A DNA stretch of 64,000 nucleotides from Candidatus Saccharimonadales bacterium (GCA_040903985.1 JBBDUI010000002.1:262038-326037), one strand, 5' to 3'; shown: positions 26,662-37,208, numbered from the stretch's first letter. The notes: generated by a model not told the origin, from the letters alone. Numbers and translations: made by a program.

Positions 26662-27259
26662 TAAGCAGTATCTTTAACACGTCATCCCAGTTATCGGCCC
26701 GCACCGTATGCGGTGGCAACCTATCGGTCTGGTTCCAGTGGTAGTCACCAAAGAGTATGCCTCGCATACCGCACTCAACCACTTCTGTAATATGCTTCAA
26801 TGAATCATCAATTAGATACTCAGCGGCGATTGCCTCACAGACATTACGCTTGGAAACGTTTTTCACCGTACCCCACTCGTGATCAAAATTAGAGAAGTAG
26901 ACATCCTGGAAGGTATCAGGGAAATGCTGCTGCAGCCAGCGCTGTGTCATGTTGTGCGTTATACCGGGACGAGCCGTCACGACCGTTAAGTCGTAGCGGC
27001 GCTTCAACTGATCTAAGGCGGCGACCGCCTCCTCCACCGGTGCAATAGCCGCAAACTCATCCGACTCGAGAAAGTCATGGATTTGCTGCTGGATCTCACC
27101 CTTGGTCTTACCGAACGAGTCCATCAACTCATCGAGTGAATAAAATCCCTCCATGCTCACTTGCGCGCTAAACATCCGGTTAAGATGATCGATCAAGACC
27201 TCACCATGGGGCACCAGCACATCATCGACATCGACGGCGATCGTAGTACGTCGACTCAT
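26645..27259 (-). CDS. HAD-superfamily 5'(3')-deoxyribonucleotidase-like hydrolase
   Basis: 204 aa. N-terminal DxDxV (VDVDDVL) HAD motif I. NT5C-like length. Confidence 0.5.
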   Translation of the reverse strand: MSRRTTIAVDVDDVLVPHGEVLIDHLNRMFSAQVSMEGFYSLDELMDSFGKTKGEIQQQIHDFLESDEFAAIAPVEEAVAALDQLKRRYDLTVVTARPGITHNMTQRWLQQHFPDTFQDVYFSNFDHEWGTVKNVSKRNVCEAIAAEYLIDDSLKHITEVVECGMRGILFGDYHWNQTDRLPPHTVRADNWDDVLKILLSDDER

Positions 27260-27966
27260 TTATGCGCCTCTAACTGCCGCTTCCAGTCGGACAGGAAAAG
27301 CTCCCCAGGGCAGTCGGTCTGCGGATTCACTTCCCGATGTCCCACTAGCTGGCAGCTGGGATAGTTAGTTTGTAAAAGATCTGCCACAGACTGGAGGGCG
27401 GCTACAGACGGCCGAGCCTGACTGAGATCGGCATCGAAGCAGACCGCCACGCTACGGCAGTTAACCTGCCAGTTACCGGCATGCCAGCCGATCTCGTTAT
27501 CCTCCAGTAGGCGTTCGCAGCTTCCATCTTCTCGAATTAACCAATGATAAGCGTAGAAGACCGGCCGATCGGCCTTAAAGTGACCGGAATAGATAGGCCG
27601 GCCCTTTATCTGGGACTCTGCAGCGGGTGGATGAGCATAATGGGCCGCATAGAGCCGCAATAGATGAATGGCATTTAAGCGAGCCAGGCTCATCCCAGCT
27701 GCACTACTGGTATGATGGATTACTACTGTATCTAGCTCAGCTCGTTCCTGATCGAAGTCTTCGCCCTCCCGACCGATATACAGAGTGCCGTCGGCCAGCA
27801 GCTCTTCCGTCAGGGAGTAAATTTCCGACTTAATCTTTTCTTTCGTAGCGGCATCGGAGCGTTCGGCCGTCTGCAGTAGTGCTCGATAATCAGGCTCCAG
27901 CTGTAGATACCAGTCTTCCTGAGTGGCTAATTGCCGCCATTTAGTTTCGTCAATAAATCGAGTCAT
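27256..27966 (-). CDS. N-acetylmuramoyl-L-alanine amidase (Amidase_2/PGRP family)
   Basis: 236 aa. The VVIHHTSS and GHREV...TDCPGE zinc-ligand motifs are typical of Amidase_2. Confidence 0.6.
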   Translation of the reverse strand: MTRFIDETKWRQLATQEDWYLQLEPDYRALLQTAERSDAATKEKIKSEIYSLTEELLADGTLYIGREGEDFDQERAELDTVVIHHTSSAAGMSLARLNAIHLLRLYAAHYAHPPAAESQIKGRPIYSGHFKADRPVFYAYHWLIREDGSCERLLEDNEIGWHAGNWQVNCRSVAVCFDADLSQARPSVAALQSVADLLQTNYPSCQLVGHREVNPQTDCPGELFLSDWKRQLEAHK

Positions 27967-27968
27967 AA

Positions 27969-29864
27969 CTACAGCTCGAGCAGAAAATCGGCCACCGCTT
28001 CCAGCTTAACCTTCGTCTCGCCAGCTTGGGTGCGGACGCTGACCTCGCCGGCCATCTCGTCTTTTGGCCCGACGATCAAAATCACCGGTACTTTCGCGGT
28101 TTCGGCCTCCCGAATCTTCTTACCTAGTGACTCGTTGCGATCATCGACGGTAAAGCGCAGTTCATTATATTTAACCGGTTCATTTAGTACTACCTCAGCT
28201 AATTCCGTTGTAACTTTATCTATATATGAGCTAACTGCATCGTTAATACTCAAGATGCGGATCTGCTCTGGAGCGAGCCAGAACGGGAAGCGACCGGCAG
28301 TGTGTTCGATATAGACGGAGAGGAAACGCTCAAACGAGCCGAGCAGGGCGGCATGGATCATGACCGGAGTCTGCCGCTCACCGGCCTCGTCAATATACTC
28401 CAAGCCGAAGCGTCCGGGTTGCACGAAATCTAACTGCACTGTAGCTACTTGCCATTCTCGTGCTAGCGCATCCACTGCGATGAAATCGATCTTCGGTCCG
28501 TAGAAAGCGGCCTCTCCGGCTACGACGCTATAGTCCAGCTTCTCGGCCCGGGCGATAGTCTCCAAGGTCTCCTGCGCCTGCGCCCACAGCTCTGCGTCAC
28601 CCAGCCACTTATCGCTCTCATCCTTAAAAGAAAGACTAAATCTTAACTGCATATCTACCTGAGCGTACAACTCCTGCGCGGCCTCGACCAACTCCTTTAT
28701 ACTAGCCTCAATCTGATCTGGTCGGGCAAACACGTGTGAATCGTCCTGCGTAATCGAACGCACCCGACTCAGACCGTGCAGCTCGCCCGACTTCTCGTCC
28801 CGATAGACCGTAGTATTTTCCATGTACTTCACCGGTAGATCACGATAGCTGCGCGGCTTAGAGGCGTAGAGTTGTGTATGATGTGGGCAGTTCATCGACT
28901 TAAGCACTAGGGTATCGGAGCTCTCCTGAGAGTTGATGATTAATAGCTCGTCTTTAAACTTATCCCAATGCCCAGAAGTCTGATACAGCTCGTGCTTAGC
29001 TAGATGCGGTATCCATACCGCCTCAAACCCACGCTTAGCACGCAGCTGCTGCGTGTAGCGCGCCAGCAGGTCCCGCAGCACGGTACCCTTAGGAGTGAAC
29101 AGCGGTAAGCCAGAGCCGACCAGATCAGAGAAGGTGAACAGCTCCAGATCAGCCCCTAACTTACGGTGATCCCGCGCCTTGGCCTCCTCTCGCTGCTGCT
29201 GATACGCGGCCAACTCAGCGGAACTGGAGAAGGCCAGACCGTAAATCCGAGTAAGCATCGCCCGCGACTCGTCTCCACGCCAGTAGGCCCCTGCTACGGT
29301 ATCGAGCGTGAAGGCGCAGGGATCAAGCGCCTGCGCTAGATCAGCGACATGACCACCGCGACAAAGCTCTACCGCGTGCTCAGCCCCTACAGCCTCTCCG
29401 CTCGCTTTAGTGCTAAGGATATCCTCTACCGTAGGTAGAGGATCGGCTGGACCGGAGTAGTACAGTGTAAGCGGTTGCCCCTGCTCGCTCAGTTCGGCAA
29501 TCAGCTCAAGCTTATACGGGTTATGGGCAAAAACCTGCGCTGCTGCCTCCGCTGTGACTGGAATCTCATGAAAACCGTGCCAACTCGGTAGGATCTCCCG
29601 CATCCGCTGCTCTATCTGTAGTAAGTCATCTTGAGAGATAGCCCCGTCGTTGAGATCAAAATCGTAATAAAAACCGTTACTAACGGCCGGCCCAATAGTT
29701 GGCTTTGCCTCAGGATAGAGGTCAACTACGGCGGCGGCCAACAAATGCGCCAAGCTATGACGCAAGGCTCTCAGGTCATCATTGGTCTGCTTCACACCGT
29801 GCTTCATCTGCTCCAGTATAACTGAGTCAGCCCAGATAGGTAAATCGGGGCTGACTGACACCAT
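27969..29864 (-). CDS. thrS: Threonine--tRNA ligase
   Basis: 631 aa. Class II motifs are present (FRDE-like ...TVYRDEKSGELHGLSRVRSITQDDSHVF). The N-terminal editing domain and the anticodon-binding C-terminus are recognisable. Confidence 0.9.
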   Translation of the reverse strand: MVSVSPDLPIWADSVILEQMKHGVKQTNDDLRALRHSLAHLLAAAVVDLYPEAKPTIGPAVSNGFYYDFDLNDGAISQDDLLQIEQRMREILPSWHGFHEIPVTAEAAAQVFAHNPYKLELIAELSEQGQPLTLYYSGPADPLPTVEDILSTKASGEAVGAEHAVELCRGGHVADLAQALDPCAFTLDTVAGAYWRGDESRAMLTRIYGLAFSSSAELAAYQQQREEAKARDHRKLGADLELFTFSDLVGSGLPLFTPKGTVLRDLLARYTQQLRAKRGFEAVWIPHLAKHELYQTSGHWDKFKDELLIINSQESSDTLVLKSMNCPHHTQLYASKPRSYRDLPVKYMENTTVYRDEKSGELHGLSRVRSITQDDSHVFARPDQIEASIKELVEAAQELYAQVDMQLRFSLSFKDESDKWLGDAELWAQAQETLETIARAEKLDYSVVAGEAAFYGPKIDFIAVDALAREWQVATVQLDFVQPGRFGLEYIDEAGERQTPVMIHAALLGSFERFLSVYIEHTAGRFPFWLAPEQIRILSINDAVSSYIDKVTTELAEVVLNEPVKYNELRFTVDDRNESLGKKIREAETAKVPVILIVGPKDEMAGEVSVRTQAGETKVKLEAVADFLLEL

Positions 29865-30072
29865 TTACTTCTACCGCTTCGATAAACATCGACAGTGGCC
29901 GCACCCATAGTGTCCCCTCGTCATACTCTGCCTGATACACTACCAGCTCCTCCAGAGTCTCACTATGACGAGCTATACCAATCAGCTGATAGTACTTGTC
30001 TTTATAGTGTCGATAGCGACCCAGTCGCAAGCTCTCGGCTGCCGGTGACAGTGACGGTAGATCGCTACTCAT
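29827..30072 (-). CDS. DUF1653-family protein
   Basis: 81 aa. YQLIGIARHSETLEELVVYQAEYDEGTLWVRPLSMF matches the DUF1653 core. Confidence 0.55.
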   Translation of the reverse strand: MSSDLPSLSPAAESLRLGRYRHYKDKYYQLIGIARHSETLEELVVYQAEYDEGTLWVRPLSMFIEAVEVNGVSQPRFTYLG

Positions 30073-30245
30073 ATCCCACTCCTCTTCTTACTACCTATGG
30101 TAATGCTTCTATTCTACACTTGATAACACGGACGAGGTAATTTTAAACTATGAAACTCACCCCATATATAACCCTTGCATAAGCCATAAAAAATAGCTTG
30201 CAGTAGATAGCTAGCAGCGATACTATAAGGGTACAAAACAAAAAG

Positions 30246-30300
30246 TTGGGGGCTACAGGAGCTGCGTAAATGCGCACTGTTGTAGCCCCTTTTTTGTTAT
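30246..30300 (+). terminator. Terminator-like hairpin (GGGGCTACA...TGTAGCCCC followed by TTTTTTGTT)
   Basis: 9-bp GC-rich stem with a 22-nt loop and a T-run, in the intergenic region before tRNA-Val. Confidence 0.4.
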
Positions 30301-30566
30301 CATTCTCTTCAAGAATAAGCCGGAACAGATTACAGCTGAGCTGGGAAGCGCCAAACACGTACTAAACCAAATATATGTCAGAGCTGGACAGGCTGAGAGC
30401 AACTCAAGCAGAGGGAGCCACCCCTATCTACAACGACTTTATTCCCTAAGATATCCATCACTCAGTGTAAAAAACGCAAACCACCAACCTCTTAGCAGGG
30501 GCCGGCTATACCGAGAATTAACGCTCGGTTCTTATCTGAATTATAACGCGTACAAAAAGATCGATT

Positions 30567-30643
30567 TGGTGGATCTGAGAGGACTCGAACCTCTGACCCC
30601 CTCAACGTCAATGAGGTGCTCTAGCCAACTGAGCTACAGATCC
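30567..30643 (-). tRNA. tRNA-Val (anticodon GAC), CCA encoded
   Basis: GGAUCUG acceptor, GCUC-AGUUGGCUA-GAGC D-arm, anticodon loop UUGACGU, T-loop UUCGAGU. Confidence 0.85.
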
Positions 30644-30758
30644 ATACCTATCGAATATACTACACCTCTAATCCAGTTTCCACGTTAATTGAGAATTACC
30701 CACCACCCGGCGCCAAAACCGAACATAAGGATATAACCCACTGTTCTTGACAAAAGGC

Positions 30759-30787
30759 TTGACTTATTGTGTTAGATCCACTACAAT
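30759..30787 (+). promoter_or_regulatory. Sigma70-like promoter (TTGACT, 17-nt spacer, TACAAT)
   Basis: Good -35 and -10 hexamers with canonical spacing, about 35 nt upstream of a small ORF that has a GAGGT RBS. Confidence 0.5.
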
Positions 30788-30821
30788 CAGTCCTGTTTGC
30801 TTAATATGTGAGGTAAACGTT

Positions 30822-30980
30822 ATGAGTAAACAGCGCAAGCTAAGTAGCTATCCGTTGTTTTATGAGCAGGTTCCTGCAGAGGTACCTGTGGCCGAGCAGC
30901 CCCTCAAACGGCGCCCGGGCCGAAAACCTAAGTTCCCCCGCTTGCCGGAGGACAACGTACTCGAGAATCTCGAGCAATAA
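30822..30980 (+). CDS. Hypothetical small basic protein (52 aa, MSKQRKLSSYPLF...RRPGRKPKFPRL)
   Basis: ATG preceded by a GAGGT RBS 7 nt upstream and by a promoter. The ORF-track entry 30747.. is an artefactual upstream extension. Confidence 0.4.
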   Translation: MSKQRKLSSYPLFYEQVPAEVPVAEQPLKRRPGRKPKFPRLPEDNVLENLEQ

Positions 30981-31270
30981 GCCGCTCTATACCCTACATA
31001 TCCCCATGATCCAGCGCGATTATGGGGATATTTCTATTTTGAATTACTTATAATTACCTAATGTAACAGGGGCAGAACGAGAAAATATAGACTTATCCAC
31101 AGCTTTCCACTTGTGTTTCTGACAGCGGCATGACAATATATAGTCATGGTACGAACAAAGAGACGTACCACAAAAACGAGTGATGTGAATTTGTTGTTTT
31201 AACAAATCTAAAAGAACAGTCCCGCCTCTGGCGGGACTGTTCCATAACAGATTAATAAGGAGAGATTAAG

Positions 31271-31717
31271 GTGCACTGCCCCTTCTGTGGTCACAAGCGG
31301 ACCGAAGTTTATAATAGTCGCAATACCAGCCAGTCCCGTCGTATATGGCGCAGACGCCGCTGCAGGCGCTGTCAGCGGGCCTTTACCACTTATGAAGCTA
31401 GTGACCTCAGTTGGCTCACTATCTCCAAGCAGGCGGGCCACAGCGAGCCCTACATACGATCAAAGCTACTGGTAAGCTTGCACCATGCCTGTCAGGGGCT
31501 AGACAATCACATCGAGATGATCGATGCCCTGACTAATACTGTCGAGGATCAGCTTATCGGCCTGCAACAGGAGACGATATCGGCCCGCGAAGTTGCCGAT
31601 ACCACTCTGACCATCTTGAAGCGCTTCCATACCAGTGCTTACTTACGCTACCTCTCCTACCGCGGGGACTTAGCCAGTTCGGCCCATCTCAAAGAAACCG
31701 TAACTAACTTACAGTAA
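31271..31717 (+). CDS. nrdR: Transcriptional repressor NrdR
   Basis: MHCPFCGHKRTEVYNSRNTSQSRRIWRRRRCRRCQRAFTTYE is the NrdR zinc ribbon. An ATP-cone domain follows. Confidence 0.85.
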   Translation: MHCPFCGHKRTEVYNSRNTSQSRRIWRRRRCRRCQRAFTTYEASDLSWLTISKQAGHSEPYIRSKLLVSLHHACQGLDNHIEMIDALTNTVEDQLIGLQQETISAREVADTTLTILKRFHTSAYLRYLSYRGDLASSAHLKETVTNLQ

Positions 31718-31757
31718 CGCGGCCCAGACAGGGTTCAATCCCACTCAGACGAGTAGT

Positions 31758-32459
31758 TTACTCGTCTTCCTTCTCTAGGGTAGGCTTATCATCTTCGCCC
31801 TCTTCGTCGTCAGACTCATCTGGCGCACCGTGCTCAGAAGCCACCTGCTCTTCGGCATCGGCCGCAATCGCTTCATCCAGTTCTTCTAGCTCTTCCTCAC
31901 TACGCGGTGGATCAATCTTTACGATCAGCTCTTCGGGGTCGGATAACAGTTCTACACCTTCCGGTATAGTGATGTCGCTGACATGAACGGCGGCGTTAAT
32001 CTCTTCCAGCTGCTCCAAATCGACAGTGAAGCTTTCCGGCAGCTTATTCGGCAGTGCCTTTACTTCGATACTCTCTAGGTTCTGAACTAAAATTCCATCG
32101 TGATTATAAGTGGCCGGAGCCGTACCTTCGAAGTGGATCGGAATCTCGGTCTCGATCTCCTCGTCCATCTTCACCGTATAGAGGTCGAAATGCATCAACG
32201 CCCCACTAACCGGATCGTGCTGGACATCGACAAACAAGGTGTTAAGCGCCGTCTTCTTATCATCAATCTTCAGCTGGATCAGACGGTTAGTGCCGGCGCG
32301 GTTATATACCTTAGATAGCTCTACCCCGTAAGCTGCGATAACCTGAGCGTCACCCCCCTGCCCATACACTACTCCGGGAATCAGTCCTTCACGGCGTAGA
32401 CCAGCTACGGCCTTTCCGGTCGCTTGGCGTAATTTAGCCTGTAATACTACATCTTGCAC
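31758..32459 (-). CDS. rplY: 50S ribosomal protein L25 / general stress protein Ctc, with an acidic C-terminal tail
   Basis: MQDVVLQAKLRQATGKAVAGLRREGLIPGVVYG... is the L25/Ctc N-domain. A beta-barrel C-domain and a D/E-rich tail follow. Confidence 0.8.
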   Translation of the reverse strand: MQDVVLQAKLRQATGKAVAGLRREGLIPGVVYGQGGDAQVIAAYGVELSKVYNRAGTNRLIQLKIDDKKTALNTLFVDVQHDPVSGALMHFDLYTVKMDEEIETEIPIHFEGTAPATYNHDGILVQNLESIEVKALPNKLPESFTVDLEQLEEINAAVHVSDITIPEGVELLSDPEELIVKIDPPRSEEELEELDEAIAADAEEQVASEHGAPDESDDEEGEDDKPTLEKEDE

Positions 32460-32538
32460 GGGGTGCGAACTCCTTTAAACACTCGAAGCATAATTATACA
32501 CATAGTAGTTTAAGGTGACAAACTCCCACCCATTCCCC

Positions 32539-33576
32539 TTATTGGGCGCCCGCAGCTCGCAAACGCACTAAACTGACGGTTACCACTAGTAGGATCATCA
32601 ACACCAGAAAGGCCGCCACCCCGCCGTAGATGAGGGCCGTTAGGCCGATCGCTGCTGCCACCAGATAGAGATGTGTGACGACTTGCGGCTGAGTCAGGCC
32701 GGAATCGAGCAGTAGATGATGGATATGCCCCCTATCCGGCGAGAACGGTGAGCGGCGATTATATAGCCGCCGCGTCACAGCCCAGATCGCATCGAAGATG
32801 GCCACGCCCAGCACTAGTACACCAACCGCTATCTTCGAACCGGAATAGATAGTTATAACGGCCAGAATCAGGCCGATCGTATAGGCCCCGCTATCACCCA
32901 TAATGATAGAGGACGGATGCCAGTTATAGAGCAGAAAGCCTAGCAGTGAACCAGCTAGGATAACCGCCATCATCGCTAGTCCCGGATCGTCGATCGCTGG
33001 TGTCAGCGCTAGCACAAACAGTACCACAGCCGCTATCACGCAGACCCCCGCCGCTAGCCCGTCCATACCATCAAGAAAGTTAACGGTATTCACGATACCG
33101 ACGATCCAGAGGATGCTGACCAGATTAGCTACCGGAAGAATATTAAAGCTAAGACTACCTAGCTCCATCGGAATCCGCCAATCATCTAGAAAAATAGAGC
33201 CCCCACCGAAGGGATTAGTAGCGGCCACTATACCGATTCCTCCGGCTAAGACGGCGATGGCGGCCACTATCTGCCAGGGCAGTTTTCGCCAAGCGCTGAG
33301 ACCTTTGATATCATCCACCAGACCAACCACAAACATTATCACCAGACCGATTAGGAAACCCCACAGTCGTCGATCCAGTTCAAACTGAAGCAGAAACGGC
33401 ACTATGAAGCCGAGGAATATAGCTATTCCACCGATACGTGGCAGAGGCTGAGTATGAATTTTACGTACATTTGGCAGATCTACCGCCCCGATGCGTGCCG
33501 CTAATCGCTTAACCATGGGTATGGCTACGGCGACGATAGTAAAGGCCAAAACGAAAGTAAGTAAATAGTTAAGCAC
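32539..33576 (-). CDS. Glycosyltransferase family 4 (MraY/WecA-like) undecaprenyl-phosphate sugar-1-phosphate transferase
   Basis: 345 aa, polytopic. GLVDDIKGLSAWRKL and NAVNFLDGMDGLAAG are MraY/WecA signature motifs. Confidence 0.7.
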   Translation of the reverse strand: MLNYLLTFVLAFTIVAVAIPMVKRLAARIGAVDLPNVRKIHTQPLPRIGGIAIFLGFIVPFLLQFELDRRLWGFLIGLVIMFVVGLVDDIKGLSAWRKLPWQIVAAIAVLAGGIGIVAATNPFGGGSIFLDDWRIPMELGSLSFNILPVANLVSILWIVGIVNTVNFLDGMDGLAAGVCVIAAVVLFVLALTPAIDDPGLAMMAVILAGSLLGFLLYNWHPSSIIMGDSGAYTIGLILAVITIYSGSKIAVGVLVLGVAIFDAIWAVTRRLYNRRSPFSPDRGHIHHLLLDSGLTQPQVVTHLYLVAAAIGLTALIYGGVAAFLVLMILLVVTVSLVRLRAAGAQ

Positions 33577-33579
33577 AAG

Positions 33580-33969
33580 TTATCCTAACTGGGCTAATAA
33601 GGTGTGCGTGACGACGATAGCAAAGATATTAATCACAATTGCTCCCAGCAAGAGGAAAAAGCTGGTGATCCGACTCTTCTCAAAAGCTACCACTGCTAGA
33701 GCGATATTGCCTAGAGTAACCAGTAGGCTGTAGACCCCATAACCGTAAATCAAACGCCAATCCCCCAGTCGAGTCAGACCGGCACCGCTGACATACTCGA
33801 GCGGTACCACGAAGCCGGTCGGACGCAGGCGAATCAGCAGCTGACCAATCTGCACCATACACAACAATAGCGCGATGATGAGAAACCAGCGCAGAAACTT
33901 ATCGCGCAGAATCCGCTGCTGCTTCAAAAACTCAATCGGACGCTCTATCAGAATTGCTCGTATATTCAT
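33580..33969 (-). CDS. Hypothetical membrane protein (3-4 TM segments)
   Basis: 129-aa hydrophobic ORF, co-directional with and 3 nt upstream of the GT4 gene. Confidence 0.35.
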   Translation of the reverse strand: MNIRAILIERPIEFLKQQRILRDKFLRWFLIIALLLCMVQIGQLLIRLRPTGFVVPLEYVSGAGLTRLGDWRLIYGYGVYSLLVTLGNIALAVVAFEKSRITSFFLLLGAIVINIFAIVVTHTLLAQLG

Positions 33970-34181
33970 CTGGTGGCTATTATAGCGGTTTTATGGAATA
34001 AACGGCAAAGGTTTCCTGCGACCCGCTTTCTGCTACGCAAAAAATCCGCTTCAGACCGAGGACAAGCACTCATCAGAAATTAAAAAACCACCCTAACGGG
34101 CGGTCATTAATTTCTCCTGGCGGGCCGTTACTTTGCAGGTGTGGAACTACTTTGTGCTAAACAATTCAGTTCAGACAAAAC

Positions 34182-35348
34182 TTAAGTAGCCTTATTAAAA
34201 GCTATGTTATCTGGGTTGACACCATTTGCCGTAGCAGTACGACGTGCTAAGTCACGGAACATTGCACGAGCTTCTTCACCTTGTTTGCCGGCGGCACGGG
34301 TCTTTTCGGCGGCGTAACTAAATATCTTTTCCCTATGGGACGTTAATGATGTACCTGGTATTTGTACCGGTTCGTCACCAACTGCAATTCCTTCTGCTAC
34401 ATTTTGTGGAATACGAGAAGTCTCACGGTCCTTAAAAGCGTCTGGGCTATCTTTAGCTAAGGCGATAACCATGCCAAGTACATCATCAGAGTGCTTGCCG
34501 TCCACATAGACGACAATTCCATCACCACGTAATCCACTTGTTTCATGTCCCATAGCCTTGCCTTTATGGGCACTGGCTGCTTCTGGTGCTCTTTGGAGCA
34601 TTTTAAGTTGCATAGAGATGCCCGCTTCATTAGCGGTCTGCAAAAGCTTCTCAAACAGTTCTGGCGTAGCTTCCATATCGGGGTTTAAGTAAATTCGCTT
34701 GTCTAACACCTCATCTTTGCCAGCCATTTTTTCGTGTACTCGACTATCTGTATATGCCATAACAAACACGCCGCCAAACTGGCGTTGTATCTTAAAGTTA
34801 GGTCGCACGTCGAGCGCACCTTTACTCTGAGCGTCTAGTACATCCGTACCGTCAACCTTAAAGCCACGATACTCTACAGCTCCCACAGGGAAATTACGGG
34901 TATCACCGTTACACCAATCTACGATTTCATTAGCAGCCTGTGGAGCTTCTTCGCCAAGATGGGCCAGAAATTCTTCTTTGGCTTGCCAAACCTGTCCACG
35001 TCGTTCTTGAGCTTGTTCAGGACTGCTACTGCGGGCTACGGCAACTTTAAGGTTACGAGCAAGCATTTCTGTTGTACGAAGATACAGTCCTGCAATGCGT
35101 TCTGGGCTCTCAATAACTTCTTTATCTTTTGCGATACTCTCAACATTATCAAGATAGCCTTTAATTCCAACCTTTTCGTTACCTAACCGTAAATCACCGC
35201 CAATAGCTCCGTCAATGAAGGTGTCAGAAAGGTGTTTTTTGGCTTCTTGAGCTTGCTCAAAAGTCTCGTACCTAACTTTTAAGTCAGTAGCCGTGATGTT
35301 TCCACCTAGCTGGGAAGGGTCAGCAGCAATATACTCTTGAGCCGTCAT
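34182..35348 (-). CDS. Hypothetical protein (388 aa), no family recognised
   Basis: Long ORF with consistent codon usage. No diagnostic motif was identified by eye. Confidence 0.45.
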   Translation of the reverse strand: MTAQEYIAADPSQLGGNITATDLKVRYETFEQAQEAKKHLSDTFIDGAIGGDLRLGNEKVGIKGYLDNVESIAKDKEVIESPERIAGLYLRTTEMLARNLKVAVARSSSPEQAQERRGQVWQAKEEFLAHLGEEAPQAANEIVDWCNGDTRNFPVGAVEYRGFKVDGTDVLDAQSKGALDVRPNFKIQRQFGGVFVMAYTDSRVHEKMAGKDEVLDKRIYLNPDMEATPELFEKLLQTANEAGISMQLKMLQRAPEAASAHKGKAMGHETSGLRGDGIVVYVDGKHSDDVLGMVIALAKDSPDAFKDRETSRIPQNVAEGIAVGDEPVQIPGTSLTSHREKIFSYAAEKTRAAGKQGEEARAMFRDLARRTATANGVNPDNIAFNKAT

Positions 35349-35451
35349 ATTGTGACGTTGAGCTGTTTCTGGTGAATATGGGTAAGTTCTGACATGTTTT
35401 TATTTTAGCGTAATACTAAAATAGTACCACAAAAATGGTACTAAGTCAATC

Positions 35452-35529
35452 TGGCGGGCCCGACCGGATTCGAACCGGCGATCTCCTCCGTGACAGGGAG
35501 GCGTGATAGGCCTACTTCACTACGAGCCC
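35452..35529 (-). tRNA. tRNA-Asp (anticodon GUC), CCA encoded
   Basis: Acceptor GGGCUCG/CGGGCCC, D-arm GUGA...UCAC, anticodon stem CCUCC/GGAGG with loop CUGUCAC, T-loop UUCGAAU. Confidence 0.8.
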
Positions 35530-35664
35530 GCGTCAATCACCAGTTAATTGTAGATGAGAGTGGGTCAGCATACAATTAACAAGCTCATATATAGTAACAA
35601 CAATGCTATATCGAGGGCAATTGCCCTCGATATAGCATTAAATATATACTGATACGGATCACTT

Positions 35665-35740
35665 GCCACCTTAGCTCAGTTGGTAGAGCGACACTTTCGT
35701 AAAGTGTAGGTCGCCGGTTCGATTCCGGCAGGTGGCTCCA
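35665..35740 (+). tRNA. tRNA-Thr (anticodon CGU), CCA encoded
   Basis: GCCACCU/AGGUGGC acceptor, GCUC-AGUUGGUA-GAGC D-arm, anticodon loop UUCGUAA, T-loop UUCGAUU. Confidence 0.85.
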
Positions 35741-35890
35741 CGTCGGAACTCATGTTTAGTTTCCACCATTGCAACACCAGCTAACGCTCTGCTTGCAATG
35801 GCTCCAACTTAACATGGTTCCTCCTTACAAACTGAAAACACCATAAGATGTTTCCAGTTTGGCTTAAGCTTCGTAGAACTAAGCGAAGTA

Positions 35891-35930
35891 AAATCCCTCC
35901 ATAGCCTTGGCGACGGAGGGATTTTTGTTT
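35891..35930 (+). terminator. Rho-independent terminator (AAATCCCTCC...GGAGGGATTT followed by TTGTTTT)
   Basis: 10-bp stem followed by a T-run, downstream of tRNA-Thr. Confidence 0.5.
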
Positions 35931-36053
35931 TCAAGCAGAAATTCTACTTTTTTACGCGATTGCGTATTTTAGTAAAACCCCCGCAAGACTAAGTATCCAA
36001 GCAATAGCCTCGCTAATTAGCGAGGCTATTTTATTACACTAAGTAACTAGTCT

Positions 36054-37208
36054 TTACTCTTCAGTACCCTCTTCCTGGGGTGGCTCGGTGGTCTCTGGCT
36101 GCTGGGGCTCGGATGAGACACCGATGTAGTTTCTAACCTCGACCTCATCAAGTCGGCGCTGGATCTCACCTTGAACCGAGCTAGGGTCGATAAGAATGTG
36201 GGACACCCGTAAGCCCTCCTCCTCATCTCGCTCTGTAGCCTTGATGATGTGGTAGCCGTACTGGCTCTCGACTAGGCCGCTGACCTCCCCAGGCTCTAAA
36301 GCGAGAGCTGCGTCAAGGAATTCCGGCACAAACTGGGTTTCGTCGGTGACAAAGCCTAAGTCTCCACCTTCACTAGCACTACCATCACTTGAGAACTCAC
36401 GGGCTAATTCAGCAAAGTCCTCGCCAGCTTCCACTCGGGCTAATACCACCTCGGCCTCCTGCTCTGCTAACTTCTGCTGTAGTAGCTGTACGTGGATTAC
36501 GCTACGGAAATCGCTTAGATTCCAGCCGTAAAAGCTCTCGATAGCTTCTTCTAATTGCTCTTCCCCGCCCTCATTCTCAATGTACTGCTGGATGGTTTCA
36601 TCTAGCTCTTCTTTAGATACACTCACCTCACGCTCCCGGGCTAGCTCTTCGACGACTACCTTGCGCTGGGCTTCTGCCATAGCGAGCGTACGTAAGGTCT
36701 CAAGCTGAGCCTGACCCTCCTCAGTGGTAAAGTCGATGCCCTCACCACCGCCGATCGGATTAGAGGAGTAGCTCTTCAGCGAACGTAGCTCAAACAGATA
36801 CTCCCGGTAGGTCACATAAGACCCCCCAGCACAAAGTGCCGGATATGGTAGTAGCTGGGCCGAACCATCTACACATGCAGCTGGATACGGGATGATGCGA
36901 GAAGCTCCGTACACCAGATCACTATCACTTTTAAAACGATAGATTAGGAGAGCGAACAGCAGCACGATACCGACTAGCAACACACCGATGATAATACCGG
37001 TGATCTTCAGTGCCTTTTGTGGGTTGAGGCTCATCGGCTTGATGTAGTTCTTGCCCCGCTCTAGGATACTGGCACGTTCGGCATCTATATCGTTATCTAC
37101 TGGAGTATCGGCTAACGCATCCGCAGGAGCTTCCGCTACACCTTCATCCCCTTTACGGTTGAGTTTACGCTTCAGCTGTTCTAGCTTCTTTTTCATCATC
37201 TCCTCCAT
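36054..37208 (-). CDS. Membrane-anchored parvulin-type peptidyl-prolyl cis-trans isomerase (PrsA/SurA-like)
   Basis: 384 aa with an N-terminal TM segment. A C-terminal parvulin domain is present (FSSDGSASEGGDLGFV...QYGYHIIKATER). The C-tail is acidic. Confidence 0.6.
   Translation of the reverse strand: MEEMMKKKLEQLKRKLNRKGDEGVAEAPADALADTPVDNDIDAERASILERGKNYIKPMSLNPQKALKITGIIIGVLLVGIVLLFALLIYRFKSDSDLVYGASRIIPYPAACVDGSAQLLPYPALCAGGSYVTYREYLFELRSLKSYSSNPIGGGEGIDFTTEEGQAQLETLRTLAMAEAQRKVVVEELAREREVSVSKEELDETIQQYIENEGGEEQLEEAIESFYGWNLSDFRSVIHVQLLQQKLAEQEAEVVLARVEAGEDFAELAREFSSDGSASEGGDLGFVTDETQFVPEFLDAALALEPGEVSGLVESQYGYHIIKATERDEEEGLRVSHILIDPSSVQGEIQRRLDEVEVRNYIGVSSEPQQPETTEPPQEEGTEE

Noticed and set aside
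30747-30821. TTG-initiated extension of the small ORF (MTKGLTYCVRS...)
   Set aside because: The extension covers the -35/-10 promoter. The real start is ATG 30822, which has a GAGGT RBS.
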